DNA of 43,917 nucleotides from Candidatus Dadabacteria bacterium (GTDB lineage Bacteria; Desulfobacterota_D; UBA1144; Nemesobacterales; CSP1-2): NCBI GenBank assembly GCA_023250035.1, contig JAHFBK010000003.1, positions 1 to 43,917 of the forward strand, read 5' to 3'. Shown piece by piece: positions 9,533 to 16,601 of this stretch (position 1 is its first letter; each line of letters starts with the position of its first letter). The notes under the pieces were generated by a model. It saw only the letters and a program-made list of their open reading frames with translations, ran no database searches and was not told where the DNA came from. The position numbers and the translations under genes were made by a program.

Positions 9533-10831
9533 ATGAAGAGGTTTTACTCTATAGTTCTTACGTTAGCTACTATTATATGCTTATGCGGTAGCGCAATCGC
9601 AAACACCTATTATGTGGCAACCCCAGCCTCTGGTGGCGATGACAGTAACCCTGGCACCTCTACTACACAACCGTGGGCTACACTCCAACACGCTGTAGAT
9701 ACCATCGCTCCCGGCGATACCATATTAGTCAAAACGGGGACCTACGTTGGATTTCGGGCTGAAAACTCGGGCCTACCAGGCGCGGTAAAGACAATCAAGG
9801 CTGAAGATGGTGGTAATGTACTTGTAAATGCACCTGGTCCGTTCAATCGCCACTCTAGCAACATTGAGTTTGAGAACTTCGATGCCACAGTGAAGTACTG
9901 GGTAATTGATGGCTTTGAGGTGGCTGATTCACCCAAGTACGGTATTGACCTCCGGGATACCGATCACATTACAGTCCAGAACTGCGATGTACACGACAGC
10001 GCTGTCACCGGCATTTTCACTGCCTTCACCTATCACCCATTGATACAGAACAACGAATCAGGATATAATGGCGAACACGGAATCTACCAGAGCAATAGCG
10101 GAGATTTTCCTACGATCGTTGACAATTACCTTCACCACAATTTTGCCGCAGGTATTCACATGAATGGGGATATACGGTTCAAGCCCGGCGATGGTATAAT
10201 CTCCTTTGGTATCATCGAGGACAATATAATCTTGGAGAACGGGCTCGGAGGTGGATCGGGTATCAATATGGACGGCGTCTCGGACAGCATAGTCCAGAAC
10301 AACCTGCTTTATGACAATCACGCAAGCGGCATATCCCTATATGCGATTGACGGGGCTGAAGGTTCAAGCCGGAACAAGGTTTACAACAACACGATTGTGA
10401 TGGCCCCAAGCTCCCGTTGGTGTATAAACATTCCTAAATCAGGAAAGGGTAGGCCAAACCCGGTCGGCAACAAAATAAAGAACAATATTCTCTACACGCC
10501 AAGCACCACCAAGGGCTCGGTCTTGATTTACAGTAGCACGGCGTCCGGTTTTGAGAGCGACTACAACGTGGTGGTAAACCGCTTCAGCGCTAGTGGTGGA
10601 AAGAGGATCATCACACTCGCCCAATGGAAGGCTTTGGGCTACGACCTGCATTCGATAATCTCAATGCCGAACGATCTGTTCGTCAATCCGACCAATGATG
10701 ACTATCATCTGAAGACCGGCTCACCGGCGATTAACGCAGGGACATCTCTAGCGGGGGTGATGGACGACTTGGACGGCATATCCCGTCCACAGGGAGGTGC
10801 CTATGACATTGGCTGTTATGAATCGCAGTAA
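9533..10831 (+). CDS. secreted right-handed parallel beta-helix repeat protein
   Basis: 432 aa. Signal peptide MKRFYSIVLTLATIICLCGSAIA, then YYVATPASGGDDSNPGT..PWATLQHAVDTIAPGDTILV (DUF1565-like start), repeated N/G/D/I-rich beta-helix turns, and a C-terminal D..G..RPQGGAYDIGCYE motif. Visibly more G+C-rich than its neighbours. Confidence 0.75.
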   Translation: MKRFYSIVLTLATIICLCGSAIANTYYVATPASGGDDSNPGTSTTQPWATLQHAVDTIAPGDTILVKTGTYVGFRAENSGLPGAVKTIKAEDGGNVLVNAPGPFNRHSSNIEFENFDATVKYWVIDGFEVADSPKYGIDLRDTDHITVQNCDVHDSAVTGIFTAFTYHPLIQNNESGYNGEHGIYQSNSGDFPTIVDNYLHHNFAAGIHMNGDIRFKPGDGIISFGIIEDNIILENGLGGGSGINMDGVSDSIVQNNLLYDNHASGISLYAIDGAEGSSRNKVYNNTIVMAPSSRWCINIPKSGKGRPNPVGNKIKNNILYTPSTTKGSVLIYSSTASGFESDYNVVVNRFSASGGKRIITLAQWKALGYDLHSIISMPNDLFVNPTNDDYHLKTGSPAINAGTSLAGVMDDLDGISRPQGGAYDIGCYESQ

Positions 10832-10910
10832 TGCCCATGTCATCTTGAAAATCTCACTGGTTATGCTATTTATAGTATCTCGAGTTTCGCCAATTTATTG
10901 AAGTTATAGT

Positions 10911-10987
10911 GGGGATGTAGCTCAGCTTGGGAGAGCGCTGCTTTCGCAAGGCAGAGGTCGCGGGTTCGATTCCCGTCATCTCCACCA
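10911..10987 (+). tRNA. tRNA-Ala (anticodon CGC), CCA encoded
   Basis: Hand-folded cloverleaf: acceptor GGGGATG/CATCTCC with the G3:U70 alanine identity pair, D arm GCTC/GAGC, anticodon stem CTGCT/GGCAG with loop TTCGCAA (anticodon CGC), T arm GCGGG-TTCGATT-CCCGT, discriminator A, CCA. Confidence 0.9.
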
Positions 10988-11244
10988 CTATTAATTAGTA
11001 AGGTTCATTTGGGCTCTGAAACGAGTTTAAAATCCTAATAGTTGTTTTTACTGTGTAATTGAAGCTCGCTATCATTACATCCGGCTTATTGAAGTTCACG
11101 AAATAAAAGAGCCATAGTGCTCTCTTCTCTAAGGAAAAAACTGATAAAAACCCTCATTTCATATCACCCACAAGATTAAAAGGTGTGCGAAAGAAGATTT
11201 AATCTAAAAAAATACAAGTGTCTTTATGATTATTATTTTAGATT

Positions 11245-11682
11245 TCACTTCTTTCTTCTCGCTAGTTCCATTTCTTTGAGAAACGCTCTTGCTGTAACCA
11301 TTTTAACACCTTCATATTCCCGAATCTTAAGAAGATCGGAATCCCCAGTAACGATAAACTTTGCATCTCCCTCTAGGGCTGCTACAAGATATTTATCATC
11401 TGTGGGGTCATCCAGCACTACAGACAGGGAAAGCTTTTCGGGTGCGACAAAAGCAATGATTTCAAGATCTTCCAGGAAAAGGTCAATTTCTTTAGGACTC
11501 TTTTTATGGATCTTCGAAAGTCTTGGGTAATTGAGTACCTTCCGTATCTCATCTATGATGGAAGGCGAGGCTACTAATTCAAAAAGGCCCTCCCGCCAGG
11601 CGTTGAGGACTTTCGCGGGAGGCCCATCGGGATTAAGAATAGCGCTGACAAACTGATTGGCATCGAGAACTACCCTGGACAT
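11245..11682 (-). CDS. PIN-domain toxin (PIN_3 / TIGR00305-like)
   Basis: 145 aa with VVLDANQFVSA near the N-terminus, DDPTDDKYL and IVTGDSDLL acidic motifs. It starts 13 nt after the stop of the upstream small antitoxin-like gene. Confidence 0.75.
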   Translation of the reverse strand: MSRVVLDANQFVSAILNPDGPPAKVLNAWREGLFELVASPSIIDEIRKVLNYPRLSKIHKKSPKEIDLFLEDLEIIAFVAPEKLSLSVVLDDPTDDKYLVAALEGDAKFIVTGDSDLLKIREYEGVKMVTARAFLKEMELARRKK

Positions 11683-11695
11683 AGGAGTAGCGTTA

Positions 11696-11962
11696 TTAAC
11701 CCTTCGCCGCTTTTACCGCTTCATATATGGCTGACTCAAGTTCTTTCTTCTGCACCTTTTTTCCTTCTCTCCTGAACCCTTTTACCTTTTTCCAAAATGT
11801 TTCTTTCCTTTCTTCAAGTTGTTTAAGCTTCCAGAGAGGTATAAGGGCAGCCATTGGTTTTCCATCCCGTTCAATAACGTACTCGTCATCCCGTATGGTA
11901 ACTTCATTCATAATCTGTCCAAGGCGTTTTCTCAAGTCCATGGCTGATATGCGCTTTGCCAT
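11696..11962 (-). CDS. Phd/YefM-like antitoxin
   Basis: 88 aa from MAKRISAMDLRKRLGQIMNEV...ERDGKPMAALIPL, a Phd/YefM-type N-terminus. AAGGAGG precedes this ATG, so I prefer it to the longer 104 aa ORF starting at 12010. Confidence 0.7.
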   Translation of the reverse strand: MAKRISAMDLRKRLGQIMNEVTIRDDEYVIERDGKPMAALIPLWKLKQLEERKETFWKKVKGFRREGKKVQKKELESAIYEAVKAAKG

Positions 11963-12124
11963 ACTGTTTCCCCTCCTTTGTATAGAAACTTTAGTAATAG
12001 AATCATACAATTCTTATGATTGATATAAACATTATAATCTTATCAGTCTGAGCGTTTCTGTCAAGTGCCTGTGCGTGCTCTTCACGAATCAATAAAACAT
12101 TGAACATCTTCTCCCACAAATTTC

Positions 12125-12250
12125 ATGGAGTTAAACAATCGAATATATGGACTCCATTTCCTTCTTGATTTAGTGGTGCCCATCGCACCCCCAAAATGGC
12201 ACCAAACCCTGGAGGCATTCGAACTACTCGAAGATGAATTGGATAAGTAA
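12125..12250 (+). CDS. 41-codon ORF ending 7 nt before mazF; possible truncated or minimal antitoxin
   Basis: Hand translation: MELNNRIYGLHFLLDLVVPIAPPKWHQTLEAFELLEDELDK. An in-frame stop lies at 12101. I saw no convincing RBS. Position is the only argument. Confidence 0.2.
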   Translation: MELNNRIYGLHFLLDLVVPIAPPKWHQTLEAFELLEDELDK

Positions 12251-12256
12251 ATCGCT

Positions 12257-12619
12257 ATGGAGATCAAAAAGTGGCATATTTACATTGCAGATCTCAACCC
12301 GCGGACATTCGTGAGCCTCAGTCGAACGATGGGGGCGGAACCTGGGAAGGTTCGTCAAGTCGTTGTTGTCCAGACCGATCTTCTTAATGGACTACATCCA
12401 TCAACAGTTGTATGTCTCTTAACTACAAAAGTACAACCAAGGTCACGTTTCCTAAGGGTGCATCTCACTATTGGCGAAGCCGGGTTAAAGGAACAGTCTG
12501 ATATTATGGTGGAACAGATTCGAGCCATTGATAATCGCCGTTTACTCGGTCATATAGGTAAAATTTCTCGTAAAAGCCAGGTAAAGCTAATTGAGAATCT
12601 TCGGATTTTGCTGACATAA
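12257..12619 (+). CDS. mazF: MazF/PemK-family endoribonuclease toxin
   Basis: 120 aa with WHIYIADLNPR...GAEPGKVRQVVVVQTDLLN...STVVCLLTTKV...LRVHL...SDIMVEQIRAIDNRRL, the typical MazF/PemK pattern. Confidence 0.8.
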   Translation: MEIKKWHIYIADLNPRTFVSLSRTMGAEPGKVRQVVVVQTDLLNGLHPSTVVCLLTTKVQPRSRFLRVHLTIGEAGLKEQSDIMVEQIRAIDNRRLLGHIGKISRKSQVKLIENLRILLT

Positions 12620-12639
12620 GCAATAGAGTTGTTCAGGTG

Positions 12640-13365
12640 TTATAAACTCTGTTCTTCTGTAATCTTCTGAGACTCTAGAATATCTTTAAATCTAAGCACC
12701 TTTCTAACATAGGCTGGAATCTCCCTTTCTAAACTTGCTGTGTTTATGAAGCTAGGTCCTGCGTTATAAGCGCAAAGTGCCCACTCAACGCTTTTAAAAC
12801 GATCAATTAACATAGAAAGATAATAGACACCAAGCCTCACATTAATAAAGGGGTTGTAAAGGGATTTCATTCCATCGATAGAAACTCCTAGCTCTCCTGC
12901 TATAAACTCTGCAGTTTCGGGCATAATCTGCATGAGTCCCATTGCCCCCTTAGGGGATACTGCCTTTGGAGAGAATTCACTTTCAATCTGAATCATGGCT
13001 AGGATTAGAAAGGGATTAAGTCCATAATTTTCTGATTCCTCTCTAATGAGTTTAGCAAGTTTCATAGCATCGGAAGTTGATATGACACTTGAAAATCTAA
13101 GAATAAACCTAAAGATGTCGATTTCTTCTCTCAAATACTCTGGATTAGCTGTTGTCTCTTGTATTTCTGAGTAAAAAAATATGCGCTCTTTGAATCTTGA
13201 TACCGGACTATTTAACACATTTAAAGAAGCCAGGCTTTCTTTATAGTGGATATGCACAGATTTTACAAAAAAGATAGCGAATAGAAATAATAACGAAAGA
13301 AAAAAAGAAACCTTAAAGAAGCCGAAAAGGTAAAAAGTTATATGATCGCTAAATTTCCTTAACAT
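12640..13365 (-). CDS. membrane-anchored lytic transglycosylase (SLT domain)
   Basis: 241 aa with an N-terminal hydrophobic anchor, the catalytic-Glu motif MIQIESEFSPKAVSPKGAMGLMQIMPETA, and AYNAGP. Confidence 0.85.
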   Translation of the reverse strand: MLRKFSDHITFYLFGFFKVSFFLSLLFLFAIFFVKSVHIHYKESLASLNVLNSPVSRFKERIFFYSEIQETTANPEYLREEIDIFRFILRFSSVISTSDAMKLAKLIREESENYGLNPFLILAMIQIESEFSPKAVSPKGAMGLMQIMPETAEFIAGELGVSIDGMKSLYNPFINVRLGVYYLSMLIDRFKSVEWALCAYNAGPSFINTASLEREIPAYVRKVLRFKDILESQKITEEQSL

Positions 13366-13488
13366 TATACGTTCCCTAAAATCCAGATAATCGCCTCTAC
13401 CTTAGTCTATTAGTTTTATTCTTGTATTAATTAAAAGGTCTAGCTTTAGAGAGTGGTCTTCATAATGAAGCCACCCTCTATAATCACA

Positions 13489-13671
13489 CTAAGCAGACCA
13501 CATTAGATGTTCAAGCACCTGTTCTTCTCTTTCTTCTAGAACCTTAATTATCTGGTCTGTCAATTCTTCACCCAGCAACCAAGAGAATTTTTTAGTTTCC
13601 TTCTTTATTCGTTTAATTTCCATCAAAATCTCATTTATGTTCATTATCATGTCTTCTTCTCTTGCTTTCAT
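13489..13671 (-). CDS. small highly charged helical hypothetical protein
   Basis: 60 aa from MKAREEDMIMNINEILMEIKR. GGAGG lies 8 nt upstream of this ATG, which fits better than the GTG at 13680. No family recognised. Confidence 0.4.
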   Translation of the reverse strand: MKAREEDMIMNINEILMEIKRIKKETKKFSWLLGEELTDQIIKVLEEREEQVLEHLMWSA

Positions 13672-13828
13672 TTTTTTCACCTCCGTTTCGTCGATCGTTA
13701 CACTTGGTCTTAATTTCCATAAAGGTTCAATCTGTTAGTATTAGGCTAACTAATAATTTTTAAGGGGTTGTTAAACTTAGATTAATTTATATTGTAGAGA
13801 TTAAACTCCCTCATTACATAGAGTTATT

Positions 13829-14020
13829 CTACGGAAGTGGTTTAATCCAATTTGAATTTAGTTGTTCCTTAACAGCCTTGTCTAAAATTGTTTGATTTTC
13901 TTCAATATTAAACAATGTATGTTTTAAAACGTTTTGGTATTTTTCTCTCACTAATCCTGTAATTCCTTTTACCTCGTCCGAGAAATCCTTTACTTTAGTA
14001 TTATTATTCCCTTCGTTCAT
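13829..14020 (-). CDS. small hypothetical protein
   Basis: 63 aa (MNEGNNNTKVKDFSDEVKG...) with AAGGA upstream and a candidate sigma70-type promoter just upstream. No family recognised. Confidence 0.35.
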   Translation of the reverse strand: MNEGNNNTKVKDFSDEVKGITGLVREKYQNVLKHTLFNIEENQTILDKAVKEQLNSNWIKPLP

Positions 14021-14057
14021 ATGTTTATCCTTATTGTAGTAATACAGACTTAAGGAA

Positions 14058-14085
14058 AATATATACGAATAAATGCGTATGTCAA
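14058..14085 (-). promoter_or_regulatory. candidate sigma70-type promoter for the 13829..14020 ORF
   Basis: On the minus strand: TTGACA (rc of 14080-14085), a 16 nt spacer, then TATATT (rc of 14058-14063), about 40 nt upstream of the ATG at 14020. Confidence 0.35.
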
Positions 14086-14491
14086 TAAAATATTTCGCAA
14101 TTGCGTATAATGGTAAATATCATCATCATGAATAAAATCGGGAAAGAGCGGGTATATTAAGTTTTTCTCTACGCATTTGCTAATTATGATATTGAAAAAT
14201 TCCTATTTTATACAAGAAGAATGTCTTAGTGCTTGCAAATATAAAATTGAATCTTTATGGTCTTCAATATAGGGTGTATTTTCGATCACTAACTTATTCA
14301 AAAAATCCATTTTTTTACACACAGACAAGGACCTAAAACCTTTAATATTTGAGATTCAAATTCTTAGTTCAGCTCTGTTCTGTGCTTAAATACGTTCTGT
14401 TCTTATTTTTGAGAATTAATGGGGAGTTTACAGTTCTTTTTGGGTTTCTAAGTTTTATATCGGAACCATTAAATTTATGTAATGAAAATTA

Positions 14492-14527
14492 AGTGGGAAT
14501 GTCCCATTTGTTAGGGACATTCCCACT
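14492..14527. other. perfect 14 bp stem / 8 nt loop hairpin
   Basis: AGTGGGAATGTCCC-ATTTGTTA-GGGACATTCCCACT. It sits about 235 nt downstream of the LapA-like gene on the minus strand and directly before an RBS on the plus strand. No clean U-tract on either strand. Confidence 0.5.
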
Positions 14528-14545
14528 ATTAAAGGAGGATGGAGG

Positions 14546-14662
14546 ATGATGCCTAAATTAAGCTCACGTATTAATTTTAATTATAAAAATAAAGTATATT
14601 ACTTTAATTGTCAAGAGGTAATTTTCGAATTTAAGAAATTTATTTATATAGGGATTTTTTAG
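14546..14662 (+). CDS. 38-codon small ORF with a strong RBS
   Basis: AAAGGAGGATGGAGG immediately precedes ATGATG. Hand translation: MMPKLSSRINFNYKNKVYYFNCQEVIFEFKKFIYIGIF. Below the ORF-track length cut-off, and no homology recognised. Confidence 0.2.
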   Translation: MMPKLSSRINFNYKNKVYYFNCQEVIFEFKKFIYIGIF

Positions 14663-14761
14663 AGTTTGGTTTCGAGCATAGAACTAATTAAAGAGTGATT
14701 TGCTTTAATGTAGATGGCGATATTCTTCTGGTAAATTTTAGTTATCTAGTTGTTACAGGTT

Positions 14762-15106
14762 TTACTTATTAATATTAAATGTTTCTTCTTTCTGTGTTTC
14801 ACGGAAGCCATGAATTTGAATGTCTTCTCGTTGTGATTGTAGCTCTTTTATTTTGTTGTCCCTCTCTTTAATTTGGTTTCTTATGGAAACTGCATAGAAC
14901 GCTCCCCATGCTATAGCAAAAAACACGCCAATCAAAAATGCGCATACAAGAAGCACTATATTAGAGGTTTCATATGGACCAATCTGATAAACTTTAAGAT
15001 CGAGTTTGAGAGGAAATTTTGTACTAAAAACCTCCTGATTTTGGATGATTAGAGTGAGGGCAAGTATAAAGAAAAGAGCTATGATAATTATCTTTGCAAA
15101 TTTCAT
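14762..15106 (-). CDS. LapA/DUF1049-like small inner-membrane protein
   Basis: 114 aa with two hydrophobic helices (IIIIALFFILALTLII, IVLLVCAFLIGVFFAIAWGAF) followed by a charged coiled tail. Confidence 0.6.
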   Translation of the reverse strand: MKFAKIIIIALFFILALTLIIQNQEVFSTKFPLKLDLKVYQIGPYETSNIVLLVCAFLIGVFFAIAWGAFYAVSIRNQIKERDNKIKELQSQREDIQIHGFRETQKEETFNINK

Positions 15107-15109
15107 TTC

Positions 15110-15595
15110 TCACCTCTTTGTTGTTTTTATTTGCTGGGTAAGCTTAAAGTAACTCTGATCAAGGTATTCAGGAATTACTTTTATGTTTCCGATAACTGGC
15201 ATAAAATTAGTATCCCCGCTCCATCTGGGAACGACATGAAAATGAACATGATCGTCAATCCCAGCTCCGGCAGCTTTACCGATATTCATTCCGATATTGA
15301 ACCCTTCAGTTTTAAAATCCTTCAATATTTCCACACACCTGGTGGTAAGATTCATTAGCTCTAATCTCTCTTTTTGATTCAGTTGTGTAAGCTCCCTTAT
15401 GTGTCTATACGGTACAGCCATGAGGTGACCATTAGAATAAGGGTAGCGGTTCATGATAATAAATCCGCTTTTACCTCGATAAAGTATAAGGTTTCTTCTG
15501 TCCTTTTTTTCTTTAGGTTTTTTGCAAAAGATACACCCATCTTCCCTTTCCTTGGTCAGGTATTCTATACGCCAAGGAGCCCAGATTGTTTGCAT
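15110..15595 (-). CDS. HIT-family nucleotide hydrolase/phosphorylase
   Basis: 161 aa with the histidine triad DDHVHFHVVPRW and an N-terminal WAPWRIEY. Confidence 0.85.
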   Translation of the reverse strand: MQTIWAPWRIEYLTKEREDGCIFCKKPKEKKDRRNLILYRGKSGFIIMNRYPYSNGHLMAVPYRHIRELTQLNQKERLELMNLTTRCVEILKDFKTEGFNIGMNIGKAAGAGIDDHVHFHVVPRWSGDTNFMPVIGNIKVIPEYLDQSYFKLTQQIKTTKR

Positions 15596-15607
15596 ATTGT
15601 TTTTATC

Positions 15608-15718
15608 ATTTCCCTCTGGTGCAAACCGTTTATTACCTCCCGATGCAGACTGCGCATCGGGTAATTCAGCACCAGATACTTATTATTTCCCTCTGGTGCA
15701 CACTGCGCACCAGATACT
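15608..15718. repeat. duplicated / nested hairpin element between sppA and the HIT gene
   Basis: Direct repeats ATTTCCCTCTGGTGCA (15608-15623, 15685-15700) and GCACCAGATACT (15669-15680, 15707-15718). Hairpins CCCGATGC-AGACTGC-GCATCGGG (15639-15661) and TCTGGTGC-ACACTGC-GCACCAGA (15692-15714). TCTGGTGC (15615-22) can also pair with GCACCAGA (15669-76), enclosing the first hairpin. Confidence 0.6.
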
Positions 15719-16592
15719 ACATATCAATGAGATAGAAAAGTCCAAAACGCTCTTTTAATGGCAAACCGCTAAGCACCTTAGTATCAAACTTTGAAAGAAT
15801 AAAATCAAGGAAATTCATTTTCTTCTTTGGGTAATAAGAAACATTAGGCTCGCCCTTTATTCCACTCAAGGATCCTGCAAGATTGACCGCATCGCTAAGG
15901 GTGCCTAATTCATCAATAAGCTTTAGATTCTTAGCCTGCTCTCCGGTAAATATTCTCCCATCAGCTATCTTATCCATCTCCTTAGAGTCAATCCCTCTTG
16001 CCTTTGAGACGGCAAGCTTAAACTGAGAATAAACATTGTCAATTAGTTGTTGCATGTATTGCTTTTCTGTCTCAGTCATCTTTTTAAAAGGTGAACCCAC
16101 ATCCTTAAACTCTCCACTCTTTATTACCTCAACATCCAGTTTAGCCCATTTAAGAAGCTGCTCGTAGCTCACAAATTGGGCGATTACACCTATACTGCCT
16201 GTAATTGTTCCAGGATTTGCAAGGATTTTTTGAGCTGCGCAGGCGATATAATACCCACCTGAAGCACCGACTGAACCTAAGGTAGCTATTACGGGTTTCT
16301 TTTCTCTTAGTTTTAAAATCTCGCTGTAGATTTCTTGCGATGGACCGACTGCACCGCCCGGAGAATCTATCCGTAAAACAATGGCCTTAATCCCATCATC
16401 CTTTTTGATCTTAGAGATGCTATCAAGATATGGCTGGGAATCAAGTATTACGCCTTGAACTTCGAGTATAGCAACCCTTTCTCCAATTGGGAAACCGTCT
16501 TCTCGAGAGATTATCAACCCAACACCGATTCCAACTATAAAAGAAAATAATATAAACAAAAGGAATAGTATAATTGTAAATAGGCCTCTCAA
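15717..16592 (-). CDS. sppA: signal peptide peptidase SppA (36K type)
   Basis: 291 aa with an N-terminal anchor, IDSPGGAVGPS, and GSVGASGGYYIACAA (Ser nucleophile region). Confidence 0.85.
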   Translation of the reverse strand: MRGLFTIILFLLFILFSFIVGIGVGLIISREDGFPIGERVAILEVQGVILDSQPYLDSISKIKKDDGIKAIVLRIDSPGGAVGPSQEIYSEILKLREKKPVIATLGSVGASGGYYIACAAQKILANPGTITGSIGVIAQFVSYEQLLKWAKLDVEVIKSGEFKDVGSPFKKMTETEKQYMQQLIDNVYSQFKLAVSKARGIDSKEMDKIADGRIFTGEQAKNLKLIDELGTLSDAVNLAGSLSGIKGEPNVSYYPKKKMNFLDFILSKFDTKVLSGLPLKERFGLFYLIDM

Positions 16593-16601
16593 TATTCTGC
16601 C

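Noticed and set aside
10895-11096. 11-bp direct repeat TTATTGAAGTT on both sides of tRNA-Ala (10895-10905 and 11086-11096), considered as possible att sites.
   Set aside because: It is too short and AT-rich to be significant in 44 kb, and it brackets only the tRNA rather than the accessory genes. No copy of the tRNA 3' end was found downstream.
11183-12023. Plus-strand ORFs 11183-11530 and 11727-12023.
   Set aside because: They are antisense shadows of the PIN toxin and Phd-like antitoxin genes, which have clear motifs and an RBS.
12082-12267. 61 aa minus-strand ORF upstream of mazF, considered as a possible divergent antitoxin.
   Set aside because: It has no RBS and a Ser-rich, low-complexity N-terminus. 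It overlaps the mazF start. Antitoxins of MazF are normally co-directional and upstream.
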